From the human T2T-CHM13v2.0 reference genome, Homo sapiens, in assembly GCF_009914755.1 (NCBI RefSeq), contig NC_060944.1: a stretch of 64,000 bases of DNA; one strand, 5' to 3'. Positions 1-13,700 of this stretch are shown in pieces; positions within the stretch are counted from its first letter, which is position 1, and every line of letters starts with the position of its first letter. Below the pieces are notes generated by a model. The model saw only the letters and a list, made by a program, of their open reading frames with translations, did not search any database and was not told where the DNA came from. A program made the position numbers and the translations under genes.

Positions 1-1440
1 TGAACTAACTTACCTTCTGCCAACAGTGTATAAACATTCCCTTTTCTCTGCAGCTTCACCAGCATCTGTTGTTTTCTGACTTTTTAATAGCCATTCTGAC
101 TGGTGTGAGATGGTATCTCACTATGGTTTTGACTTGCATTTCTCTAATGATTAGTGATGTTGGGTTTTTTTTTCATATGCTTATGGACACTTATTTGTTT
201 TATTTTGAGAAGTGTTCATTCATGTAATTTTTAATGGGGTTATTTGTTTTTCACCTGCTCAATTCCCTATAGATACTGCATATTAGACCTTTGTGAGATG
301 CACAGTTGGTGAATATTTTCTCTCATTCTGTAGGTTGTCTGTTTACTCTGTTGATAGTTTCTTTTGCCATGCAGAAGCTCTTTATCTTAATTAGGTCCCA
401 CTTGTCAGTTTTTGTTTTTGTTGCAGTTGGTTTTGGGGACTTAGTCATAAATTCTTTCCCAAGGCTGATGTTCAGAATGGTGTTTCCCAGGTTTTCTACT
501 AGTATTCCTATAGTTTAAGGTCTTAAATTTAAATCTTTATTCCATCTTGAGTTAATTTTTGTATGTGGCAAAAGGTAGGTGTGCAGTTTTATTCTTCTGC
601 ATGTGGCTAGCCAGTTGTCCCGACACCATTTATTGAATATCTCCATTGGTTATTATCATTTTCATTGACTTTGTTAAAGATCAGATGGCTGTAAGTGTGC
701 AGCTTTATTTCTGGGTTCTCTATTCTGTTCCACTGGTCTATGTGTCTGTTTTTGTACCAGTACCATGCTATTTTGGTTACTGTAGCCTTGTGGTATAGTT
801 TGAAGTCAGATAATGTGATGCCTCTGGCTTTGTTCTTTTTGCTTAGGATTGCATTGGCTATTCAGGCTCTTTCTTGGTTCCACATGAATGTTAGAAAGTT
901 CTTTATAGTTCTGTGAAAAATGACATCGGTAGTTTGATGGGAATAGCATTAAATCTGTAGATTGCTTTGGGCAGTGTGCTCATTTTAATTCTATTGATTC
1001 TTCCAATCCATGAGCATGGAATACTTTTCCATTTGTTTGTGTTAACTATAATTTCTTTTAGCAGGGTTTTGTGGTTCTTCTTGTAGAGATCTTTCACCTC
1101 CTTGGTTAGATATATTCCTAGGTGTGTATGTATGTATGTATGTATATATGTATGTATGTATGTATGTATAGGCAGCTATTGTAAATAGAGTTGTGTTCTT
1201 GATTTGGCTCTCAGCTTGAATATTATTGGTATATAGAAATGCTACTGACTTTTGTACATTGATTTTGTATCCTGAAATTTTACTGAAGTCGTTTATTAGT
1301 TCCAGGAGACTTCTGGTGGAGTCTTTAGGGTTTTCTAGGTATAGAATCATATAGACTGCGAAGAGAGATCATTTGGCTTCTTTTTTTTCCTATTTGGATG
1401 CCCTTTCTTTCTCTTACTTGATTGCTCTGGCTAAGACTTT
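1..1440 (-). mobile_element. LINE-1 (L1PA13-16/L1PB-like) 3' ORF2 portion, 5'-truncated, decayed; continues beyond window start
   Basis: Minus-strand ORF fragments match L1 ORF2 ([11 protein letters not shown]...[22 protein letters not shown]; [13 protein letters not shown]...[16 protein letters not shown]); many stops/frameshifts. Confidence 0.95.
1123..1170 (+). repeat. (TATG)n tetranucleotide microsatellite inside L1
   Basis: gtgtatgtatgtatgtatgtatatatgtatgtatgtatgtatgtata seen directly. Confidence 0.95.
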
Positions 1441-1445
1441 CAGAA

Positions 1446-1637
1446 AAGTGGTTCTCAAACTGTGATTGCCAGACCACCACCAGCAGCCACAGCATCCCCT
1501 GGGAACTTGTTAGAAATGCAGTCTTGGGTTTCATCTAAGACCTACTGATTCAGAATACCTGAGGGTGGAGCCCAGCAATCTGTATTTTTAAAAGCTTTCC
1601 ATTGAATTCTGATGTCCACTGAATTTTGAGAATCATT
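1446..1637 (+). mobile_element. MER5A (hAT-Charlie MITE)
   Basis: Ends agtggttctcaaa ... tttgagaatcatt; internal gggaacttgttagaaatgca / cccagcaatctgt typical of MER5A. Confidence 0.85.
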
Positions 1638-2326
1638 TCAACTTAAGTTTTCAAACTCTTAGAAAGGCCTTAGGCATAAAAGAAGAGTTACCAGGAATTG
1701 AAGTGTTTAGCTGAGACTGTCCTGAGAGGGGCAACTTCAGGTGAACTCAGATGGGTCATGGGGCTATGGGCTAGAGTAGCAACCACATCCACCACAGTCT
1801 GCCTGATTTAACCTCATGTAATCTAGGTTTGTCCATTCACCCACGCAAGTATTTATTCAGCCTTTACACTTTGTCAGGTACCATACTTAGTGTTCACAGC
1901 CTATTAAGAATGAGACAGAGATGTCCCTTCCCTCATGAATTTGTAGTCTAATGGAGAAGACAGTTGTATGTGATCTGGTCTGAGAGGTCAGGACAGGTTC
2001 CCTGAAGGTATCCAAACTTTATCATTCATCTGAATCACCAGTGGATTGTGTTAAACAGAGAGTCAGTTAAATAGGATTGGAGCGGTAGTATAGGAATCAT
2101 ATTTTGAGTAGCAAGGCCCTGGAGGACACTTAAGCTGAGATCTGAAGAATAACCAATAGATAGCCAGGTTAAAGATAGGTAGACCAGCTGTTCTCGTTTG
2201 CTTGGCACTAAGGAGTTTCCTGGGATATAGGGTATTAAGTGCTCAAACCGGACTGGATGGCCACCTGGGAAAAAGGGTGAAGGGATGAGGAGGAGTAAGC
2301 CTAGGGTTCATGAAATCCTTGAGGTG

Positions 2327-2452
2327 TGCTATGGTCTGAATGTCTGTATCCCCCAAAATTCATATGTTAAAATCCTAACCTCGAAGGTTCTGTTGTTTAT
2401 AAGCCACCCAGTTTATGGTATTTTGTTATAGCATCTTTAGCTGACCAAGAAA
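2327..2452 (+). mobile_element. MLT1A-type MaLR LTR with large internal deletion
   Basis: 5' end tgctatggtctgaatg...cccccaaaattcatatgtt joined directly to 3' end ttctgttgtttataagccacccagtttatggtattttgttatagca; 5-bp TSD aggtg/agttg. Confidence 0.8.
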
Positions 2453-2654
2453 AGTTGAGAAAAGCATGCTGTGTTGTAGAAATGGAATAAGCAAATAAGA
2501 CTGGGAAGATGCCAGAAATAGTGTTAACATCTGGACATCAACAGTCTGCTTTAGCCAAGCTTATCAGTCACTTCGGAGCAATCCACCTGCAGCTGACAAT
2601 TTCTATGCTTTATCTCCAGCTGGATGTTTCACGAGGGCCTCCATATGGAAGTCC

Positions 2655-2797
2655 CTACCACATGGAGATATTGATTGACCACTTGAAATATGGCTAGTGC
2701 AACTGAGGAATTGAACTTTTAACTGTATTTAATCTTAACTATAAATTTAAATTTAAATTGCCACATGTGGCTAGTGGCTGCTATATTAGACAGTGTG
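2655..2797 (+). mobile_element. MER3/MER33 hAT-Charlie fragment
   Basis: cacttgaaatatggctagtgcaactgaggaattgaacttt...gccacatgtggctagtggct...tagacagtg. Confidence 0.75.
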
Positions 2798-3984
2798 GGT
2801 ACAGAGAACAGATTGATTCAAGATAAGCAAAAGTGGATGCTAGCATACCAGTGGGACAACTATTTCAGGACAGAAATGATGTTGGTTTGAATAAGGTGTT
2901 GGCAGCAGGAAACAGAGCAAAATAATAAACCTGGCTTAGACAGGAAGAAAACATGAGGGATGAGAGAGAAGAAGGAGTTAAGGATAACATCTAGGTGCCT
3001 GGTTTGAGCAACTGGACATGTGGCAGAGCCATACACCATGGAGTGTCAGGTTTGGAAACAGCATAAGGAAGAGATTGACTTTGAAGTACTCACAAAACAT
3101 TCAAGGCAGATGTAGAATGGAAAGTTCCATGTGTAGGTGAAGAGCTCAGAAGAAAGGTAAGGTGGACATCTAATGTTTGTTCTACTAGAAACAGTCACCC
3201 CCTGGCCCCAACCTGCTGGTTTAAGTAGGGATGTCAATATCTTCATGTAGCCCTCACTCCTCCTGAGTCAAGGAATGAGGGGAAGACATGATGTGAACTG
3301 GACCACAGGCCCCTAACTACCACGATGGCCCAAGGATGGGCAGCTGACCCAAATAGAAGTTCTCAAAGCTCTTCCCAAAGCTTGCAGCTTGAAGTCAGAA
3401 AAACAGACACTCAGACTCTTAATAATTAATCAACTAAATATATGGGCATTTCCTTCTTATGAGGCACCCTACTGGACTCTGAGGGAGTAATAGAAATACA
3501 TAGACCTTTGCCTTAAAAAGCTCACTGTCAATTTGGAGGAAGATAAACTGTTAACAAAAGTTCAACAGCTATAAAACTGGAGGCCACTGCAACAGATGAC
3601 AGACCTGAAAGTATAGTGGGGTCTTTACGTTACTTTCTACTATATTCTCCACACCCAGTAAGTTGATAAAACTCGTCAACTCTGTGACAAAATACCTGTT
3701 AAATTCATTCCTATTTTATAACCTGTAAAAGTCTGTTTGTAATTATAAATGAACACTATCACAATGAAAAAATAAAACCAAACATTTTTAAATACCCAAA
3801 TCATCGAATAAGATTAACAGAAAATGCCATTCAGTAAATAAATAAATAAGCAAGCCTAGGAGAAGGATTGCTAGTAAATTGGGTCTTTCCTACTTAGATT
3901 TTTCTCTTTCAACTCAAAGCCTTTAAAATACATGGTAATTAATCAAAACCTTAGTTTGTGTTAACATTTTTCTAGAAATAAGTC

Positions 3985-4420
3985 CCCATGTTAAAACCCT
4001 CCAGTGGCTCATATCACATTTGAGAATAAACTCAAAATTCCTTGTAATGGCTTCTAACATCATCTATTCTCACCATTTTCCTACCTCATTTCCCACCACT
4101 CTCCCTCTCATCTTTACTTTCCACAGTCCACCTACACTGGCTGTTTTTGTTTCTAGAATGACCTCTTCACTTGATAAAGGATTCTTTTCCCAGATATTTT
4201 CTGTTCTCAGCTTAAAAAGACACACTCGCTCACTCTCTGTGGAATAACCCTGATTTATTCCCCTTCGTAGTACATGACCTATTTAAGCATGTGTCCACTG
4301 TTTATTTTCTGTCTTCATTAACAGAATATAATCCCTCTGGTAGCTGAGACATTGTTCTCAAGAGTTCAAAGTATTCCTGGCACATGGTAGACCCTCTAAG
4401 CAATAGCGGATGGGCAGGAG
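3985..4420 (+). mobile_element. L2 3' fragment
   Basis: aaaaccctccagtggctc...agaataaactcaaaattccttg; ...cctggcacatggtagaccctctaagc. Confidence 0.65.
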
Positions 4421-4796
4421 GCAAAGGGTTTTATCTTGAGATGTCTCTTATCTTTTACATGGGAAGAGTAAACTCCCTAAGAGACTTCCCTCATGCCTCA
4501 TTGGTTCACATTGGATCATGTGTTGATTTCTGGACCAATCCATGGGAAAAAGAAATAGTATTATTGTGAATGGATTTGACCTACCATAACTCATTCCTAT
4601 GGAGAGGCTAGGCTTCCTGGAAATCAATGGATTATCACTCACTACCTAAAAACAAAGTTATAATTCTATTAGCAAGGAAGAAGGAGAGATGACCATTGGG
4701 TAGGCAAAGAGTAGAGTTGGCCATTGTGCAGGATGTCTCATTTCCATGTTGGAGTCAAATCTCTTTGAGTCTATGAAGACTATCTTTGCATATCAA

Positions 4797-4949
4797 GCCT
4801 ATGCAAGGTTGTGTTTTCTGCAAAGCCTTTGTGATAGTTATTGTTATCAGGTGTATGTGCATGAGAACCCTTCCTTCATGGCCTTCTCTGGCTCCAATTT
4901 TCAGGGTTTTAAATCAGGTAACTTCATTCTGATTCTGACAACTTTCACG
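4797..4949 (-). mobile_element. 3' LTR remnant (U3 part) of MER65-like ERV1 provirus
   Basis: Clearly homologous to 17990-18141 (tgtgatagtt..ttgttat..agg..atgtg.atgaga.ccct..cttcatg...tgattctgacaactttcac); purine tract (rc caagagagaag) immediately upstream at 4950-4960. Confidence 0.8.
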
Positions 4950-5330
4950 CTTCTCTCTTGATCAAGATCTTAACTCTGAAGCCATTGCTGATTAATCATT
5001 TTGTAGTTAGGTTTTAATTGTTCCTCATTGCTGGAATGGACCTGTCCTGGATTGCTGGTCTGATCCCACATCAGAGGGAGTGATTAGTGGCTAGGTATCA
5101 GTGTAAAAACAAACCCTTTTAGCCACATGTGAGCTACAAGAGAGGCTTTGAGGGAGTGGCTTTCAGGCTAAAGCTACGTGGAGCCCATTGTTAAGTTCAG
5201 TTGTGTTTGTTTCATAGGTGTTGGTTATTATGTCAAAGGGCTGGGCCAGTATTACTCTGTTAGAAGTTGTATTGCTGCAGAACTTTAACAAGTAACAGGT
5301 ACAAAGCTTAAAAAAAATAAAATAAAATAC

Positions 5331-5913
<583 letters not shown>

Positions 5914-7085
5914 CCCATGACTGGGTTGAATTAAAGCACAGTGAGCAACAGTTATATTAGGGATATTGCCAAAGTTATCCACTAGGTAGACTAAAGGATC
6001 TCATAGGTCAGGTTCTGTCAAGTTACCAGCAGAAGCTACTGATGGTGTAATTTCAATTATACCATTATCCTGCCAAGTGAAAAGGGAAGGCATTAGAGAC
6101 ATAAGTCATTAATATGGAGTCTTGTTCCGATGTTTTGGGAAAAGCTGTCTACAGCATGAAGCCATCAATTTCTCAACCTGGTTTGCAGTTTGAACATCTC
6201 TGACTATGGCACTGGGTAGTTTGGTGAACTCTGTGCGGTCCACACATCAGGAACAATATTTTTTCCTTAAAATTTATTTAGCTTGAGCTTATGGGCTTCA
6301 GGAGCAGAGCAGTTTCCATTCTTAGTAATTCCGTGGAGGAAGTTCGGATTGGAGGAACCTAGAAAACTTCAGAATCTAGTCCAGTCCAGATAGAAAATAA
6401 AATCTTGAAAATAATATATAGGGCTACAATTTAATAACAGGGGTATTCCAGCTTTTAAAAAAAAATAACTTTTTCTCTATAGTCTTCCATTTTTTACCAA
6501 AGATAATCAGAGTAAGACAAATTTTTTTCTAAAATAAGTTTAGTTTTCTCAATTATTTACATAAGTACAACTAGGATAGTGATTGATTGTGTAGCAATCT
6601 CGGATTTTTAAAGCTTCTTGAGGCTAAAAAGCCAAATTGAGGACTGACTTTAGATTTTGCCTGCAGTACCTTATAAACAACTTAAATATGGCATTTCAAA
6701 GCCTTAGAATATGTCATCTTTTATTGTATCCCATTATAAAGAGAGCAAGTTCTTATTGTCATAAAAATATGAATTCTTGCAAATAGTTTCAGAATTTTGG
6801 AGGGGTTAAGTAAGAAGGAAAAGTAAATTTTTTATCTTTGAAATAAAAGTTTACTTTACCAAATTGTTGTAAAGCATAGATAGCTTAAGAGGGAAATGTA
6901 CTTACATTTGGAAAACATTTAAGTAAAGAACTATGTTTCAAATAAAAGTTATAAAAACATTATCTTTGTTAGTTATTTAGTTTTATGTAATTAATTTTTG
7001 TTTGACTTGATCTAGATTAGCAGTTTCATGAGTGTATAAGGTTTTTTTTAGAGTATTAAAACATTTTTATTTGGCCCATTGATCT

Positions 7086-7190
7086 TGTAAACCAAAAATA
7101 AAATTTGGAAGGCCCTCCCAACCCCCCACTGCACTTTAGCCTGGGCAATAGAGATACCCCATCTCTTAAAAAAATAAAAGTTAAAAAAAA
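7086..7190 (+). mobile_element. MER4-type LTR 5' stub fused to Alu 3' end
   Basis: tgtaaaccaaaaataaaatt..aaggccctcccaacc (MER4 LTR start) then ccactgcactttagcctgggcaatagag...polyA. Confidence 0.65.
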
Positions 7191-8327
7191 AGATTTAGCA
7201 TCTCTTGTAATTTGACAGTTTTTATATAATCTAATATTTTAAATAAACCTGAGTTAGTTTAATATCTCTCTTTTATAAACCTTTGAGAGGTGCTGGGATC
7301 CTCTGGAACATCCCAAAGTTAGTTCAAGATTAAAATAGTTTAGAATTTGATCCTGGGGAAGCCTGCCAAAGATGTTAAAATGTTCAAAACACTTGATTAA
7401 AACAGGATCACAGGTCACCGTGAAATAATAGTCATTCATTTCACCCGAGTAATAATCAAAGACTTCAAAAGCAATATAGAAAGTTACGTGGTTATTAAAA
7501 AAAAAAAAAAAGAACTGTAACACTTTCAAAGCTACATTTTCCTAAGCAATCAAAAAAATCCTAATAAAGTCAACATAAAACACAGGAAATTATTTGGAAA
7601 AGCATAAAATCTTTGTTTTGTAGGCCAGTTGCCAAAAAGGTAAAGAAAAACCTCCTGCAGTGTGATTTTTTTTCTCCTTATGAGAAGCCCTTTTAGATAA
7701 TGGGGAAGTCAAACCTGATAAAAAGGTACTTAAATTTAATCAAACACAGAAAAAGTGTCTGTTCAACATTGTGAGTATACACCATAGTATAGAGGAAGAT
7801 AAACAAGAAAACCAGTACTTTGAGCAGGAACATATATGGCATTCCATAAAATAATGGAAATTTTTCTGGTTACATACAACAATTCAGAAGCTAGGAGTAC
7901 AGAATCAAGTTATACTGGAGAAAAGCACTGCTTTTCTAGGCCTTCAGTACAAACTTTTCAGCATCAGGCCATCATAGCAGAGTTAGAACCAGAGAAAAAT
8001 GTTTCAGGAGGTGAGAAAGAAAATCGAAAGAGAGTATTATCACTCCAGCCAAGCAAAAAGATGTACCTTCTCAAAGAGAGAAGGAGTGGCAGAAGGCAAT
8101 GATGTATGACCAGTAAGTCACATGCAGTAAGATATGGCAAAATTCTTACCAAAAATACATCTTCATGCTTACAACTTTTTTCTTATCTTTCTCCTACTTA
8201 TTTGTTCCTTTATATCTTGCTTGTATTTCCTTCCTAAATTTACTTTTTGAAACGACCTTAAATAACATCTGAATTTAGATAAAAGTAAGTTTTTTTAATA
8301 AAGAACATGTTTTTAATGCCTTTTTAA

Positions 8328-8648
<321 letters not shown>

Positions 8649-10705
8649 TTTTTATTTTTTTTAATCAAAAACATGTCATATTTTCAGCACACTTTGTATA
8701 CACAATTATATATATTAATTAGAATTTTCAACTCTTAGTAGCCTTAATTTCTGGTGAAAGCCTAGCTAGCAGGTAATTTTGAACGATCACATATCAGTAT
8801 TTGGTAGATGAGACCCATTTTATAATTTTTAAAACATGTTTTCCCCATAACATCATTTGTATGTGTATTAATAGACCCAAATATATTTAGTCTTTCTGTA
8901 AAATTTAAGACAAGAATAAACTTACATATCTGTTCAGCAACAAATGTTTCAGTATTTTACCCATTCATAAATGTTTATTTCATTTATATTCACCCAATTT
9001 ATTTATTTTAATAATTATACCTAGAGTATTTATAAAAACTGAGATACTAAACAAAACTAGTTATCATTTCATGTTATTTCCCTGTTAACCATTTCTATAG
9101 CCTGTGAATAGCAGGTGCTCACCTAAGTAAACAACTTAAATATATGAATATTTTGCAGACAAATCAGAAGATAACAGCCATTTCAATTAAACCAACAATA
9201 TTAGTGTTATATATCCAAGAGTCACACAAAGATCATTCTGTTTGTAGGCAGAGCTTAGAGTTTTATAACCTTAAACATCTAGCAGAGAAAAATATAAAAT
9301 TGACCAGTAGTAAACCCAGGCAAAAATGTATGCTGACAATTCTGAAGACATTTTCTATTTCAATTTTACCCACAATTTTAAAACCAGTTTATTTATCAAA
9401 GATATGCTTAAGTCATATGAATTAAAGGCATTTGGGTTAATTACTATACATTTTAACAATTTATATGAGCACATAATCCAACCTGGATAAAATTCATTTA
9501 AGGTATCTCTGGCCAACAACATCAGAGTCTACCATGTAAGTAAAACGCACAACCTAATACATGCACATATGCATAAACATATATAAACACACAGATTTTA
9601 TAGCTTTAATTTAATAATTTTAGTCATGAGATAGTAAGACATAGTAATATAAATTTAACAGTTTATTTTTGACTAATTGGGATCTGTACACATGGCTAAG
9701 CTCTACTTGTCCCTGATTGGTAATCTAATAAAGACTGTGAACCAAAATTTGGGGTAAAGCAGTTTGCTTTAAAAAAGAAAATCTATTACTCTTTCCCCCT
9801 GCTTTGTTCAAGTTTCAGATGAGCTGTTTTAGTTTACTCTTGGATGTTAATATTGCAGTTAGGACTGGCTGGAAAACTAAACTAACTCCAAGTGACCTTG
9901 AATTTAGTAACAGATTTATTTTACTACAAGTGAAACAGATTAAGAGTAAGCAGAAAAAGAAAGAAAAAGAGAGCAATATCTTAAAATCTCTACATTTTAA
10001 CCCATAGTTGTGGTTTTCTTAGGAAGTTTGAATAATGGCCACAGCCAATAATGGCAACAGCTATATTGCTCTAAATTAGAAGCACAAACTTTCTTAGGAA
10101 GTTTGAATGGAAATTGATTAAATTCCCCAATTAAAAAATATAGATTGGCTCAATGGATGAAAAAAAAGGGCCCCACTATATACTGTCTACAAGAAAATCA
10201 CTTCATCTGTAAAGGTATACATAGACTGAAAGTGAGGAGATGGAAAAAAAAATATTCCACAAAAACAGAAACCAAATTTTTATTGATGCAATTTGCCTAT
10301 CAGCTTAAGAATGTGCACAAGAATGAGCCATATATAGCCAGCTGGAATCCCTGAAAGAAGGCTGTACCTTGTATGCCTTCAGAATTTGAGGATTCCATTC
10401 CACTTTTTATTACTCTCTTGAGATAAAATCCTATAAACTCTGGCAGGGAATGTTGGGGGTTTGGACTAGTGTTTTAGATGATGGCACTACCTTAGTGGCT
10501 TTTAATTGGCCACCTCACATCCCTTATTTAGAATGTTTATCTTTGCTCTTAGAATATTTTCAGAAACAAGCAGGAAGAAAAATAAAAGATCCACATTATT
10601 TACAGATGTGCATAACCAAACCAAAATGAAACTAAAGTAAGAGTTCTCACAAAAATTTTAACCCAGGCATGCAGACCAAACAAAACGAGGCATTCAGAAA
10701 GAATC

Positions 10706-13700
10706 AGAGTCAGCAAGACAGCCGACTGGAGGCACCTGGCACTGGTCTCCCTCACAGGACAGGACCAAGGCAACAAATAAACAGCTAAGATGTGATTGAA
10801 GTGTTGAATGAAAGAGTGCTGGAGTGCAAAGGCAGATATAGAGAGGTACTTGTGGTGATTGCCCAGCATGGAGGCACCCTGCCTTTGCTGTCCCGTCTCT
10901 CTTGTCCAGATTGTCCCAGAGTCAGGAGGGACTTCCCTTGCAGAACAAAGGTAAGCAGAAGATTCCTACCAGCCCCCATTGTCACTGCAACACCTGCAGT
11001 CCTTGCTACAGAAGAATGCCCACAGTCTTCACCAGCCCTTAGCCCAATTTAGGGAGCCACCAGGAATTCACACAGCTATATTGCTCTAAATTAGAAGCAT
11101 AAGGTGTGCACTCCCTATCTATCTCCCATCTACCCCCTTTGAGATAAACTGCTACAAGAGAGCACCACTGTGATACCAGAGCCACCTCTGGGATATACCC
11201 TGCTTGGAAGCCAATAGCCACTGCACCTCTCCAGCCCAGAGGGTCTATCTTCACTCTGCCAAGCCCACATGGGTAGCTGAATGCCACAACTCTGGCTACA
11301 TAAAGCCTAGACCCCAAATTGGCTGTGACTCTGGTTCTATACAGCAGGGAAACCTACCCCCCCGCCCACCGCCTACACTTCCAGCTGGAGAAACAGTCTG
11401 GCAGTCCTGCTCAGGGTGAACCTGCCCTTGAGCTAGCCCACAAGCCACCACTGTCAGACATACCCCTAGGCTGAATGAGCAATGACACACCACACCCAGT
11501 GCCTGAGAAACAGCCTTGGGGGCCCATTCCTGGAGGACATGCCCTCAGGCCTGCCCAGTGGCCCTGTGCCCACTCCTAGGGCCTAAAAAACAGCCCAATG
11601 GACATGCCCACAGGTCAGCCAGGTAGTCACATACCCACCTGCATGGCTTGAGAAAGAGCCCTGTGGGCCCACTCCTGACAGACATGCCCCCAGGCTGGTG
11701 GAGAAGCTATGTGCTACACTCTGGGCCAGGGAACAGTCCAGCGGTCCCATCCCAGGCAGACACACCTCCAAGCCAGTGAGGCAGCCCTCTGACACAGTAA
11801 CAACCCCAAGGCTCCAACTTCAGCAAGCCAGATCCCAAGTTGTCCAACCCGCTGTGTGCATGCACAGATCCCTGACTTGAGAAATAACTCAGCAAGCCCA
11901 TCACCAGCAAAGTCATGCCACCACCACCAAAAAAACTTTAGCAGCCTAGGTCACCAAGACACTTGCAAAGATTACTGTCATATCATGGATTATAGCTGAA
12001 GAAACTACATGAAGACGACACTAGTATACCCAACTAGAACCAAAACCATGCATCCACTCACCTGATACCACCTATCCATATGAATAAATATCTCCCTACA
12101 AAACCTATTCCATCTAATTGGAAGAAGTGACTGTTTTATTGGACACATAGAAATCAGTGTAGGAACACATCAAATATGAAAAAGCAAGGAAATGTGACAC
12201 CTCCAAGGGAATACAATAACTCTTCAATAACAGATCCCAATCATAAGAAAATATGCAAAATGCCAGAATAAGAATTCAAAATAATAATCTTAAGAAAGTT
12301 CAATGAGATACAAGAGAATATAAATAGACAATTTAACAAAATCAGAAAAACAATTCATGATTTGATTGAGAAATTCAGCAGATATCATTAACAAAAGAAC
12401 CAAAAAAACCCTACAGCTAAAGAATTCTATCAATGAAATAAATACATTAAAGAGCTTCAACAATAGACTAGATAAAGCAAAAAATAATAACTTTTGAACT
12501 TGAAGACAGGTCTTTTGAAATAACTTAGGCAAACTAAATAAATAAAAGAGAATAAAGAAAGCCTACAGGATTTATAGAACACAATTAAGTGAACCATTTT
12601 TTGCATTATGGGAGTCATAGAGAAGAGAACAAAAAGATAAAAAAACATTTAGTAAGATAATAGCTGAAAATTACTCAAGTATTGGGAGAGCGATGGACAT
12701 CCAGATCCAGGAAGCTCAAAGGTCCTTAAATAAATTCAAACCAAACAGGTCCTCTGTGAGGCACACTATAATCAAATTGTTAAAGGTCAAAAACAAAGAA
12801 TACTAAAAACAACAAGAAAAATGTGTCAAGTCACATATAAGTGAATCTCTATTAAACTAAGAACAACATTTTCAGCAGAAATTTTACATGTCAGAAGAAA
12901 ATGGAATGGTATAGTCAAAGTACTGAAAGAAAAAATAAGTCAGCCAATAATAAATCCAGCAAATATATCCATCAGAAATGAAGGAGAAATACAATCTTTT
13001 ACAGACATACAAGCAAAAACTCAGGAAATTAATCACCACTAGACCAGTCTTACTAGAAGTTCTTCTCCCTTTAGAAATGCTCAAGAGAGTCTTATATTCA
13101 GAAATAAAAAAAAATAACACTATCATGAAAACATGTAAAATTATAAAACTCACTGGTAGAGTCACAAAAGAGAAAGAAAAAGGAAGCAAAACTTATCACT
13201 ACAGAAAACCACCAAGCTATAAAAATAAATAGTAAAAAAGGAAGTAAGGAACAAAGGATACGCAAAACAACCAGGAAAAAGTTAATAAAATGACAGGAGT
13301 AAGTCCTCACCTATCAATAATAACTTTGAAGGGAAATTGATTAAATTCCCCAATTAAAAATATAGATTGGCTGAATGGATTTAAAAAAGGGCCCAACTAT
13401 ATACTGTCTACAAGAAAATCACTTCATCTGTAAAGGCATACATAGACTGAAAGTGAAGAGATGGAAAAAAAACATTGCACACAAACAGAAACAAAAAATG
13501 AGCAGAGTGGCAATATTTATATCAGATAAAACAGACTTTAAGTCAAAAGCTGTAAAAAAAAAAAGACAAAGAAATGCAACATGTAATAATGAAGGAATCA
13601 ATTGAGCAAGAACATACAATTGTAAATATATATGCATCCCAAGGCAGAGCACCCAGATATATTAAGGAAATATTATTAGGACCAAAGGGAGAGATAAACA

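Larger units (their letters stand above)
1830..3170 (-). mobile_element. Fragmented L2 LINE carrying nested MER5A1-like (~2005-2118) and MER94-like (~2177-2268) pieces
   Basis: L2-like motifs (cattcacc...aagtatttattcag; agctgagatctgaag; ggagttaaggataac; ggagtgtcaggtttggaaac); tttgagtagcaagg MER5A1 end. Confidence 0.6.

Noticed and set aside
306-1534. ORFs of 64-102 aa at window start
   Set aside because: Sense or antisense fragments of decayed L1 ORF2, not genes
10015-10110. Repeat-spacer-repeat pattern resembling a CRISPR-like array
   Set aside because: Only two repeat copies in eukaryotic ERV DNA, with no cas genes; better explained as a repair scar
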